Translations under genes and position numbers: made by a program
Assembly: GCA_027306885.1 (NCBI GenBank)
Contig: DAHUYV010000012.1
Coordinates: forward strand, 10,565 to 74,564
Source of the DNA: Candidatus Dormiibacterota bacterium
GTDB lineage: Bacteria; Chloroflexota; Dormibacteria; Aeolococcales; Bog-877
DNA length: 64,000 bases
Direction: 5' to 3'
The notes under the pieces: generated by a model
Database searches by the model: none
What the model was told of the DNA's origin: nothing
The model's input: the letters and a program-made list of their open reading frames with translations, nothing else
In this document: positions 18,984 through 27,882 of the stretch, in pieces
Layout of the letters: every line of letters starts with the position of its first letter
Position numbering within the stretch: the stretch's first letter is position 1

Positions 18984-20027
18984 CTAGTGTGAAGGATTCC
19001 CGATCGGGGCCGGAACCAACCTCCCGCCGCCCCCGCCCTTGGGCCCCACCGTGTGGGTGAGCGTTCCGAACCCCTCCAGCTCGCAGTCGATCCTGTCCCC
19101 CTCCTGGAGCAGGCGGCCTCGCTCCTGGCCGCTCCCCCCTCCCACCGTCCCGCTGGCCACCACCTCGCCGGCCGCCAGCGGCTCCGCCCCCGAGGCGTAG
19201 GAGACCATCTCGGCGAACGACCACCGCGACTCGGCCATGGTCCCGGCGGCGACCTCCTCCCCGTTGACGAACGCCCGGGCCACCAAGCGGGAGGCGTCCG
19301 GGACCTCGTCGGCGGTCACCAGCCAGGGACCGAGCCCGCTGGCGAAGTCCTTCGACTTCGCCGGCCCCAGGCGCACCTGCATCTCCTCGCGCTGGATGTC
19401 TCGAGCCGAGAAGTCGCAGAAGACGGCGTAACCGGCGATGGCGTCCTGGGCCTCCTTGGGGTCGAGGTCGCGGCCACCCTCCAGCAGCACGCAGGCGAAC
19501 TCCAGCTCATAGTCGATGGCGCTGGTGTAGGCGGGCCAGGGAACCTCCGCTCCGGGCGCGAGCAGGGTGGAGGGGTTGCCCTTGTAGTAGGCGGGGCGGC
19601 GGTACCACGCCTCGGGGATCGGCTCACCCCGGCGCCGGGCGCCGGCCTCGACGTGGGCCTCGAAGGAATAGAAGTCGCGCAGCAGGGGGGGCCGGAGGAG
19701 CGGGAGCCGCTCGAACTGCCCGTCCGTCCAGGTGAGGGGCGCTCCGGAAGGGGTTGTCCCGGGACCCTCCTCCAGCACCCCCGCCACCGCTTCCCGCGCC
19801 ATCTCCAGGCCCCGGCGTCCACCCCCCAGAAGGGCGGTCAGGTCGGGTGGGAAGGTGGCCAGAGCCCAACTGAGGGCCGCGCCCGAGCCCTGCCGGGCCC
19901 ACCAGAGCTCCCCCGCGGAGGTGACATCGATCAGAAGGGGCGTGCCGGCGGTCGGGTCGGCCTCCACCGCCACCACCCGGGGGACCATGCCCAAGGGGCC
20001 GACGACCCCGATCGTCGCAAGGCGCAT
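18984..20027 (-). CDS. Fumarylacetoacetate hydrolase (FAH) family protein
   Basis: FAH-fold motifs (YYKGNPSTLLAPGAEVPWP, ELEFACVL, GTVGGGSG). Confidence 0.8.
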   Translation of the reverse strand: MRLATIGVVGPLGMVPRVVAVEADPTAGTPLLIDVTSAGELWWARQGSGAALSWALATFPPDLTALLGGGRRGLEMAREAVAGVLEEGPGTTPSGAPLTWTDGQFERLPLLRPPLLRDFYSFEAHVEAGARRRGEPIPEAWYRRPAYYKGNPSTLLAPGAEVPWPAYTSAIDYELEFACVLLEGGRDLDPKEAQDAIAGYAVFCDFSARDIQREEMQVRLGPAKSKDFASGLGPWLVTADEVPDASRLVARAFVNGEEVAAGTMAESRWSFAEMVSYASGAEPLAAGEVVASGTVGGGSGQERGRLLQEGDRIDCELEGFGTLTHTVGPKGGGGGRLVPAPIGNPSH

Positions 20028-20037
20028 CGCTCTCCCC

Positions 20038-21174
20038 TCAATCGTCGATGTGCGGCATCCACGACTCCGCGTATTCCACGATCTCGCAGGTCGTGGCCGC
20101 CTCCAGCGGGCGGAGCGGTCGCAGCGCGTCGATCATGACGGCCACCTCGTCGTGGTGAGTCTTGGTGCCCTGCCGGTCGCGCTCGATCGCCTTGGGCTGG
20201 GGGCCGTGGTGGATGCCCTGGGCATGCCAGGTCATCATCCCGGCATCGATGCCGGCCCGGCTCATGAACGTGCCGGCGTGGTAGAAGAGCACCTCGTCGT
20301 AGTCGATGTTGCGGTGATAGAAGGGCAGACGCACCGCTCCCGGGTCATCGATACCCTCCACCGCCCGGGGGGCGAAGGTGCAGAGGACGAATCCCGAGGT
20401 CTTGAGGGTCGTGTGCACCGAGGGGGGGAGATGGAAGCGCCCTGAGGTCACCGGCCGGATGTCGCGCACGTTCAGGGCGAAGGCCGAAAGGTCCCCCTTC
20501 CACCCCACCGTGTCCAGCGGGTCGAAGGGGTAGAAGACCCTGGTCCACTGCCCCTCCCGCTCGATCACCATCTCCCACTCGGAATCGGCATTGGCGGGGG
20601 TGCCGGGCAGGGGCAGCTCGGGAAGGCGCAGAACCGCCCGGTCGAATGGTGAGTGCTGGCCCATCCGGTCGGCGGAGGGAAGGGTCGGCATCTCGGCCGA
20701 GGCGATCACCAGCAGGAAGCTCTCCTCCCCCTCGGGGAAGAGGCGGTGGGTGGTGCCCCGGGGCAGGACCAGGTAGTCGCCCTGCTCGTAGGCGAGGACA
20801 CCGAAGTCGGTGAGGATCGTGCCCCGGCCCCGATGCACGAAGTAGATGAGGTCGGAGTCGGCGTTGCGGTAGCAGTAGGGCATCGCCGACCGCCGCCGGG
20901 AGACGCTGATGCGCACGTCCTGATTTCCCAGCACCGGAGTCACCGCCGCCGCCGGGTCGTCGGCGTCGGGGGCCTCGGCCCGCCGCAGGTCGTAGGCGCG
21001 CGGCCGGAGCGGGCCCTCGATCCGAGTCCACTCGGTCGGGGCGTGAGCGTGATAGAGGTGCGAGGCGGGGCCGAAGAAGCCCTGGCGCGCGAACTCCTCC
21101 TCGATCGTGCCCTCGGGCAGATCGCAGTGGGCCTGCCGGCTGAAACGCCCTCGGGATTGAGGGAACATCACCAA
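20038..21174 (-). CDS. hmgA: Homogentisate 1,2-dioxygenase
   Basis: Cupin-type HGD motifs (YCYRNADSDLIYFVHRGRG, LPFYHRNIDYDEVLFYH); 10 nt upstream of the FAH gene. Confidence 0.85.
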   Translation of the reverse strand: MVMFPQSRGRFSRQAHCDLPEGTIEEEFARQGFFGPASHLYHAHAPTEWTRIEGPLRPRAYDLRRAEAPDADDPAAAVTPVLGNQDVRISVSRRRSAMPYCYRNADSDLIYFVHRGRGTILTDFGVLAYEQGDYLVLPRGTTHRLFPEGEESFLLVIASAEMPTLPSADRMGQHSPFDRAVLRLPELPLPGTPANADSEWEMVIEREGQWTRVFYPFDPLDTVGWKGDLSAFALNVRDIRPVTSGRFHLPPSVHTTLKTSGFVLCTFAPRAVEGIDDPGAVRLPFYHRNIDYDEVLFYHAGTFMSRAGIDAGMMTWHAQGIHHGPQPKAIERDRQGTKTHHDEVAVMIDALRPLRPLEAATTCEIVEYAESWMPHIDD

Positions 21175-21327
21175 CCTCCTCCAGTCAAGACCGGCCGGGC
21201 GGGGCCGCGGCGGACGCTCGCGCAGTGTGCCAGAGACACCGGGACGGGCGCTGCCGGCTCACCCGGGCCCCGGGGTGGCGCGATCGGGCCCTGGTAAGGG
21301 AGGGGGACCGGACCTGGAGGGCGCAGT

Positions 21328-22437
21328 TCAGCTGCTGAAGGTCACCACCGTCTTGATGTCGTCGGGCTGCCGCTGGAAGGCGTCGGCGAAGCTCGCCGCC
21401 GGCTCGCGCCGGGTGACCACCTGCTCCAGCACTCCGGGCCACCTCCGCACCGCGGCCCCCAGCATCCGAGCCGCGGCCTCGAAGTGTTTGCGATTGGCGT
21501 TGACCGTCCCGAATACCAGCTTGTTGCCCAGCACCATGTCCAGGTTGAGGGCGTCGGCGTCGACCGTCACCGTCCGGGCTCCGGCCGTCACCGAGCTGAG
21601 GCAGCACACCCCATCGTGACCGGTGGCGGTGATCGCCGCCATCGCCACCGCCGAGACCCCGGTGGCCTCGAAGGCCAGGTCGATGTTCCCCAGCTCCGCG
21701 CCGAGTCCGGCCACCGGGTGCTCGTCCGCGTCCAGGAGCTCGGCCCCGATCTCCCTCGCGACCTGGGCTGAGCGCGAGTCCGGGGCGGCCTTGGCCACCA
21801 CCACCACCTCGAGGTCGCGCAGGCGCAGGAAGACGGCGGCGAGCAGCCCGATCGCCCCGGCACCGCAGACCAGAGCCCGCCGCGGCTGCCAGGGCATTCG
21901 GCCCCTCTGGATGGAGAACGCCTGGATCAGCCCCTTCTCCACGATCGAGCTGGGCTCCATCAGCACCCCCACCCGGGAGAGGGTCGACGGAAGAGGAACG
22001 AGGTAGTCGGGGTGCTCCAGGTACTGCTGCGCCATGTAGCCGTCGCGGCCCTTGATCCCCCGCTCGGTGTAATGACCGGTGAGGCAGTTGTCGCTCTGCC
22101 CAGCGGCGCAGGGGAGGCAGCGCTCCGGACAGGGGCGGCGGACCGTCGCCACCACCAACTCGCCCTCCTTGAGCCCCGAGGCTGGGGGGGCGTTCACCAC
22201 CCGGCCGAGGTTCTCATGTCCCATCACCAGCTGCTGCCGTCCCTCCGGAGCGGCGCCGTAACCCTCGTTGGCGATCTCCAGGTCGGTGCCGCAGACACCG
22301 ACCTCGACCACCTGGACCAGCGCCCCCTCGGCCGCCTCGCCCTTGGCGTCCTGAATCTCGCCGTGGCCGGACGGCTCGCCGATCTCGCCGAGGTGGACGC
22401 TGCCCTTCTGCCCCGGGGTGGTGACGATGGCTTGCAT
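21328..22437 (-). CDS. Zinc-dependent medium-chain alcohol/polyol dehydrogenase (MDR family)
   Basis: GVCGTDLEI catalytic-Zn motif, structural-Zn cysteines (CPERCLPCAAGQSDNC), Rossmann LVCGAGAIGLLA; start reassigned to the ATG at 22437 preceded by GGAGGAG. Confidence 0.8.
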   Translation of the reverse strand: MQAIVTTPGQKGSVHLGEIGEPSGHGEIQDAKGEAAEGALVQVVEVGVCGTDLEIANEGYGAAPEGRQQLVMGHENLGRVVNAPPASGLKEGELVVATVRRPCPERCLPCAAGQSDNCLTGHYTERGIKGRDGYMAQQYLEHPDYLVPLPSTLSRVGVLMEPSSIVEKGLIQAFSIQRGRMPWQPRRALVCGAGAIGLLAAVFLRLRDLEVVVVAKAAPDSRSAQVAREIGAELLDADEHPVAGLGAELGNIDLAFEATGVSAVAMAAITATGHDGVCCLSSVTAGARTVTVDADALNLDMVLGNKLVFGTVNANRKHFEAAARMLGAAVRRWPGVLEQVVTRREPAASFADAFQRQPDDIKTVVTFSS

Positions 22438-22474
22438 GGGCTCCTCCTTCTTGCGGGCGCCGAGCCCGTCGCGC

Positions 22475-23536
22475 TCAGTCCGGGGCGAGCGAGATCTCAC
22501 CGAGGTCAAGTGGCCGCCGGATTATGAAGTAGACGATCGCCCCCACAACCGTCACCAGCCCCCTGTCGAAGGCCCGGTTGAGGATCGCCACCGCGGCCGC
22601 CGCGGCCCCCGCCACCCCGAAGGCGATGAGCAGGAACGTCATCGTCCCCTCGTAGGCGCCGATGCCGCCGGGCAGCAGGCTCACCCCGCCGGCGAGGTGG
22701 GCCACGGCGTAGACGAAGGCCGCCTGGTAGACCCCGAGGTCGACCCCCACGCTGCGCACCGTGAAGTAGAAGACGGCGATCGCGATGACCGCCGCCACCG
22801 GGCCCAGGAGCGCCGGCGCCAGGGTGGCGGGACGGCGGGCGATGAACGCCACGTCCCGCTGCAGGGCCCGAATGTCGGGGGCGTAGCGACGGACCAGCGG
22901 GAGCCGCTCCGCCATCCCCAAGACCCGCCGGAAGGCCGCCGGCCACAGCAGAACCACCGAGATGGCGATGATCCCCACCAGCGCGCTGACCACGGCCTCC
23001 TGGGCGCCCGGCACCTGGGAGGCGCCGGGGATCGCCGCGGCCACCAGCCCGACCGGGTAGAGCACCTCCTGGACCACCACCGTGGCCGAGGCCTGGCCGA
23101 GGTTCACCTTGGTGTGCCGGCGGAGGATGAAGGCCCGGCTGAGCTCGCCCAGCGGCAGGATCGAGGTGGGCTGCCCGGCGAGGTAGATGAGCACCGTCTC
23201 GAAGGCGCCGTGGTCGAGGTGCAACGGCTTGAGGAACAGGTGCCACTGCCATCCCTTCAGGACGTAGTAGGACATGGCCAGAACCAGGATGAGCGGCAGG
23301 TAGGCGAGATGGAACCGGGAGAGCGCGGACCCCAGATCCTGGGGCCGGACGTAGGCGACGACCAAGAGGAGAATTGCGACGCTGATCAGAGCTGGCAGCA
23401 GGCGGCGGGCGATCCGATAGGCCCGCCCCGGCCGGACTCGCTTCAGGGACACGGCTTCAGAATACCGGTCCGGGGTCGGAATTGCGGCCGGGGTCACCTC
23501 ACCCCGCAGCCACTTGGGTCGGTATACTCCGGGCAA
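22475..23536 (-). CDS. Polytopic membrane protein, lysylphosphatidylglycerol-synthase-TM/UPF0104 (flippase-like) family
   Basis: 8+ predicted TM helices with conserved Gly-rich segments (LLPGGIGAYEGTMTFLL). Confidence 0.55.
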   Translation of the reverse strand: MPGVYRPKWLRGEVTPAAIPTPDRYSEAVSLKRVRPGRAYRIARRLLPALISVAILLLVVAYVRPQDLGSALSRFHLAYLPLILVLAMSYYVLKGWQWHLFLKPLHLDHGAFETVLIYLAGQPTSILPLGELSRAFILRRHTKVNLGQASATVVVQEVLYPVGLVAAAIPGASQVPGAQEAVVSALVGIIAISVVLLWPAAFRRVLGMAERLPLVRRYAPDIRALQRDVAFIARRPATLAPALLGPVAAVIAIAVFYFTVRSVGVDLGVYQAAFVYAVAHLAGGVSLLPGGIGAYEGTMTFLLIAFGVAGAAAAAVAILNRAFDRGLVTVVGAIVYFIIRRPLDLGEISLAPD

Positions 23537-23577
23537 TTCGGTGGGCGTCCACCTCCAACCTTCTCAGGTGCTAAGAC

Positions 23578-24582
23578 TTGTCGGCACTGCTCGAGATCCA
23601 GGACCTAAAGACCTACATCCGCCAGCGCAAGGGCGAGGTGCGAGCGGTCGATGGGGTCAGCCTGTACATCGAGGAGGGGGAGACGCTGGGCCTGGTCGGT
23701 GAGTCCGGTTGCGGCAAGACGATGACCGGAATGTCGATCATGCGACTCCTGCCCCCCGGGGGCTACATCGCCGGCGGGAGCATCATCCTGGACGGCCAGC
23801 AGCTGGTGGGGATGCCGGAAAGGGAGATCCGCAAGGTCCGGGGAAATGACGTGGCGGTGATCTTCCAGGACCCCATGACCTCTCTGAACCCGACCATGAC
23901 GATCGGCAACCAGATCGCCGAGATGGTCAAGATCCACCGCCAGGTCAAGCAGCGGGAGGCGCTGGACCGCGCCGCTGAGGTCCTCGGCCTGGTGGGGATG
24001 CCAAACCCCCGGGAACGGCTGAAGGACTACCCGCACCAGCTCTCCGGAGGGCTGCGTCAGCGCGTGATGATCGCCATGGCCCTCTCCTGCGATCCCAAGC
24101 TGCTGATCGCGGATGAGCCGACCACCGCCCTGGACGTCACGATTCAACTGCAGATCCTGGAGCTCCTCTACAGCCTGAAGCAGCGGCTCCGGATGGCGGT
24201 GCTGCTGATCACCCACGACATGGGGGTGATCGCCGGCCGGGCCGACCGGGTGAACGTGATGTACGCCGGCAAGATCGTCGAGGCCGCGCCCACCGTCGAC
24301 CTCTTCGAGTCGATGCGCCACCCGTACACCGAGGCCCTGCTGGCCTCGATCCCGCGCCTCGACCAGCGCACCGACACCGCCCTGTACAGCATCCCCGGGC
24401 TGCCGCCCGACCTGTCTCACCCGCCGACCTGGTGCCGCTTCCAGCCTCGTTGCCGGTACGCGACCGCACACTGCCGGGAGGAGGAGCCGGAGCTCGCTGG
24501 CGACACCCCCGAGCACCTGTACGCGTGCTTCAACCCGGTGGGTCGGGCCGGGGCGCGCCCCCAGCCAGCGGCGGCGGGGTGA
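23578..24582 (+). CDS. Peptide ABC transporter ATP-binding protein (OppD/DppD type)
   Basis: Walker A GESGCGKT, signature LSGGLRQR, C-terminal oligopeptide-ABC extension with Cys cluster ([14 protein letters not shown]). Confidence 0.85.
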   Translation: MSALLEIQDLKTYIRQRKGEVRAVDGVSLYIEEGETLGLVGESGCGKTMTGMSIMRLLPPGGYIAGGSIILDGQQLVGMPEREIRKVRGNDVAVIFQDPMTSLNPTMTIGNQIAEMVKIHRQVKQREALDRAAEVLGLVGMPNPRERLKDYPHQLSGGLRQRVMIAMALSCDPKLLIADEPTTALDVTIQLQILELLYSLKQRLRMAVLLITHDMGVIAGRADRVNVMYAGKIVEAAPTVDLFESMRHPYTEALLASIPRLDQRTDTALYSIPGLPPDLSHPPTWCRFQPRCRYATAHCREEEPELAGDTPEHLYACFNPVGRAGARPQPAAAG

Positions 24583-24624
24583 TCTGGCGGCGGCCCACCG
24601 ATCAGTTGTTGAGGATTTGACCGC

Positions 24625-25665
24625 ATGACCGCCACCAGCACCAGCCCCTCCTCGGATCAGACGACTTCCCGCCCGGCGTTCCTCGACCTCCGACACCTGG
24701 TGAAGGAGTTTCCGGTCACCGCCGGGGCTGTGCTCCAGCGCCGGATCGGCAGCGTCAAGGCGGTGACCGACGTCTCCTTCTCCATCGACCAGGGAGAGAC
24801 CTTCGGCCTGGTGGGCGAGTCCGGCTGTGGCAAGACCACCATCGGACGGCTGATCGTCGGCCTGGAGCGCCTCACCTCCGGTGAGATCTGGTTCGAGGAC
24901 CAGGAAGTCTCGCGGCTCAAGGGGGCGGCGTTCCGGCGGATGCGCCGGGACATGCAGCTCATGTTCCAGGACCCATACGCGTCCCTAGACCCCCGGATGC
25001 GGGTGGGAGGCATCATTCGCGAGCCGCTGACCATCCAGCGCATCGGGGACCGCGGGGAGCAGGACGCCCGGGTCCGTCAGCTTCTGCAGGAGGTGGGGCT
25101 CAGCCCCAAGTCCGTGGAACTGTACCCGCATGAGTTCTCCGGCGGGCAGCGGCAGCGCATCGGTCTGGCCCGGGCCCTTGCGCTCAACCCCAAGCTGATC
25201 GTCGCGGACGAGCCGGTGTCCGCCCTCGACGTCTCGATCCGCTCCCAGATCCTGAACCTCATGAACGGCCTCCAGGCGACCCACGGACTCACCTACCTGG
25301 TGATCTCCCACGACCTGTCGGTGGTGAAGTACCTGTCCGACCGCATCGGGGTGATGTACCTCGGCAAGCTGGTCGAGATCTCCCCCAGCGAGGAGATCTA
25401 CGAACGCCCGGTCCACCCCTACACCCTCGGACTGATCAACGCCATCCCCGAGCCTGACCCCCGGCGCGAGCGCTCCAAGCAGATCCAGCCCGTGGTGGGT
25501 GAGCTGCCGTCGGCGCTCCACCCGCCCTCGGGCTGCCGGTTCCGCACCCGGTGTCCACGGGCCCAGGAGATCTGCGCGGAGCAGGAGCCGCCACTGCGGG
25601 CGTTTGGCGACCGTCACATGGCCGCCTGTCACTTCCCCCTCCAGGCGCCCACCGCGGCCGCCTGA
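24625..25665 (+). CDS. Peptide ABC transporter ATP-binding protein (OppF/DppF type)
   Basis: Walker [10 protein letters not shown], signature FSGGQRQR, C-terminal CRFRTRCPRAQEIC motif. Confidence 0.85.
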   Translation: MTATSTSPSSDQTTSRPAFLDLRHLVKEFPVTAGAVLQRRIGSVKAVTDVSFSIDQGETFGLVGESGCGKTTIGRLIVGLERLTSGEIWFEDQEVSRLKGAAFRRMRRDMQLMFQDPYASLDPRMRVGGIIREPLTIQRIGDRGEQDARVRQLLQEVGLSPKSVELYPHEFSGGQRQRIGLARALALNPKLIVADEPVSALDVSIRSQILNLMNGLQATHGLTYLVISHDLSVVKYLSDRIGVMYLGKLVEISPSEEIYERPVHPYTLGLINAIPEPDPRRERSKQIQPVVGELPSALHPPSGCRFRTRCPRAQEICAEQEPPLRAFGDRHMAACHFPLQAPTAAA

Positions 25666-25839
25666 GGCCGGAGTTCAGCGCTCCGCAGCCTCCCCTCCGC
25701 TGCTCCCTTCCCTCGCTTCCAGGGCAGCCTCCAAGGGCTGCCCACCGCCGTCTACCCGGCCCCGCGGACGCACCCGCCCAACCACCTGGGCCAGCCGCCA
25801 TTCGTTGCCCGCTGCTGCCGGCCCGGGGCGACCCCGGGG

Positions 25840-26763
25840 TCAGCGCTTCTGGAGCCGCACCTCAAGGGCATCTCGAAGGGCATCGCCAACAAAGTTGAAG
25901 GCGACGACGGTCAGCACGATGGCCACCCCCGCCGGGTAGATGAGCCACCAGTAGCCGGCGTACACGTAGCTGAGCCCGTTGCTCAGCTCCCCGCCCCAGT
26001 TGGTCGCCGGCGGGGGCACTCCGATGCCCAGGTAGCTCAGGGTGGCCACGGCGATGATCGCGTCGGCCACCTGGAAGGTGGCATTGACCACGATCACCCC
26101 GACGGTGTTGGGAATGATGTGGCGGAAGAGGACCCGGCGGGTGCTCCCGCCCATGACCCGGACCGCCTGGACATACTCGCGCACCCGCAGGCTGAGGGTC
26201 TCGCCGCGGACCAACCGGGCTGGGACCAGCCAGGCGACCAGGCCGATGACGATGATCAGCTCCAGGGTCGAGGTTGTGAAGATCGCCCCGAGCAGGATGA
26301 GGGCGACGAGGAAGGGGATCGCCAGAAGGGCGTCGACGATCCTCATCATGACGGTGTCGACGATGCCGCCGGCCAGCCCGGAGACGGCGCCCCAGATCAC
26401 CCCGACGAAGACCGCGATGATCGCGGCGGCGAAGCCCACCTCAAGCGAGCTCTGCCCCCCCAGCATGAGGCGGCCCAGGTTGTCGTAGCCGACCTGATCG
26501 GTGCCCAGGGGATGGGCCAGGCTGGGCCCCAGATGGGCGATGCCGGGGTTGTTGAAGACCTGCTGGGTGCGGTAGATGAAGGGACCGATGAAGCTGAAGA
26601 GGAGCATGAAGACGATGATCCCGAGGCCCACGATCGCCAGCCGGTTCTCGATGAAGACGGCCAGGATCAGCCGCCACATCGACCCCGACCGGTAGCCCTC
26701 CCCTCCTTCGGGAATCGCATCGGACCCCAGCGGCAGGCCGGCGACGGGTTGCGCAGTGCTCAT
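25840..26763 (-). CDS. Peptide ABC transporter permease (OppC/DppC type)
   Basis: 6 TM helices, BPD_transp_1 EAA-like loop. Confidence 0.85.
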   Translation of the reverse strand: MSTAQPVAGLPLGSDAIPEGGEGYRSGSMWRLILAVFIENRLAIVGLGIIVFMLLFSFIGPFIYRTQQVFNNPGIAHLGPSLAHPLGTDQVGYDNLGRLMLGGQSSLEVGFAAAIIAVFVGVIWGAVSGLAGGIVDTVMMRIVDALLAIPFLVALILLGAIFTTSTLELIIVIGLVAWLVPARLVRGETLSLRVREYVQAVRVMGGSTRRVLFRHIIPNTVGVIVVNATFQVADAIIAVATLSYLGIGVPPPATNWGGELSNGLSYVYAGYWWLIYPAGVAIVLTVVAFNFVGDALRDALEVRLQKR

Positions 26764-26811
26764 CCTTCTCCCTCGCGCAGGTGGATTCGAGCTCCTCCCT
26801 GCCCACTTCGC

Positions 26812-27753
26812 CTACACATACCTGATCCTCGGGTCGGCAACCGCGTAGAGGATGTCAGCGAGCAGGTTGCCCAGCACGGTCGCGAGGGCCACGACCACGA
26901 CGAAACCCAGAAGCGTCGGGAAGTCGTCGGTTACTGCCGCGTTGTAGTACAGGAGGCCCATGCCCGGGTAGTTGAAGACGCTCTCGGTGACCACCGCCCC
27001 GCCGACGATGCCACCGATTGAGAGCCCGATGAGCGTGATCACCGGGATGAGCGCGTTGCGCAGCACGTGGACCAGCAGCACCGCCTGATTGGAGACGCCC
27101 TTGGCGCGAGCGGTGCGGACGTAGTCCTGGATGGACTGCTCCAGCATCGAGGAGCGCATGTAGCGGCTGAACAGGGCGACGGTGACCGCGGTGAGGGTCA
27201 CCACCGGCAGCACCATCCCGTTGAGGTCGGTCCAGGGATAGGTCTGGTTCTGCGGCGCCTCGAAGGGCAGCCAGTTCAAGGTCTGGTTGAAGACGATGAT
27301 CAGCAGGATGCCCAGAAGGAAGGTGGGCATGGAGTAGAAGATGAAGCTCATCCCGGTGAGGACGTAGTCGTCCGGGCGGTTGCGGCGCACCGCCTGCCAG
27401 ATGCCCAGCGGCACCGCCAGGATCACCGCCAGCACGAGAGACGAGCCGACCAGGAACAGGGTCTTGGGCAGTCGCTGCCCGATCAGCGCCATCACCGGCT
27501 GGTTGAGCTTGTAGGAGAACCCGAGATTCAGGTGTACAAGGTTCCACACCCAGATGCCGTACTGGACGTAGAGCGGCTTGTTGAAGCCCAGCTCCTCGTT
27601 CAGCTGCTTGATGGCGGCGGCGCTGGCCCGGGGGCCGAGAATGGCCCGCACCGGGCTGCCTGGCAGGAGATGGAGCAGGATGAAGGTGATGATCGTCACG
27701 CCGATCAGGACGACGATGGCCTGACCGACTCGCCGGATCAAGTATCCGATCAC
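26812..27753 (-). CDS. Peptide ABC transporter permease (OppB/DppB type)
   Basis: MIGYLIRRVGQAIVVLIGVTIITF N-terminus typical of OppB/DppB. Confidence 0.85.
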   Translation of the reverse strand: MIGYLIRRVGQAIVVLIGVTIITFILLHLLPGSPVRAILGPRASAAAIKQLNEELGFNKPLYVQYGIWVWNLVHLNLGFSYKLNQPVMALIGQRLPKTLFLVGSSLVLAVILAVPLGIWQAVRRNRPDDYVLTGMSFIFYSMPTFLLGILLIIVFNQTLNWLPFEAPQNQTYPWTDLNGMVLPVVTLTAVTVALFSRYMRSSMLEQSIQDYVRTARAKGVSNQAVLLVHVLRNALIPVITLIGLSIGGIVGGAVVTESVFNYPGMGLLYYNAAVTDDFPTLLGFVVVVALATVLGNLLADILYAVADPRIRYV

Positions 27754-27796
27754 ATTCGTCTAGCTCCCTACCCCGTCGTTGATGGCCGGTCGAGCG

Positions 27797-27828
27797 GCCC
27801 CATGGGGCCCGGCCTTGCGGCCGGGCCC
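27797..27828 (-). promoter_or_regulatory. Tandem stem-loops in the SBP-permease intergenic region (candidate intra-operon attenuator)
   Basis: GGCCCCATGGGGCC (perfect 14-nt palindrome) overlapping GGCCCGGCC-TTGC-GGCCGGGCC (9-bp stem) inside the 129-nt gap between the SBP and the first permease gene. Confidence 0.4.
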
Positions 27829-27882
27829 CACCGCCGACCCCGGTTGGGGCCCGCGGCTGGTGCCGTCGATCCTTAACTCAGA

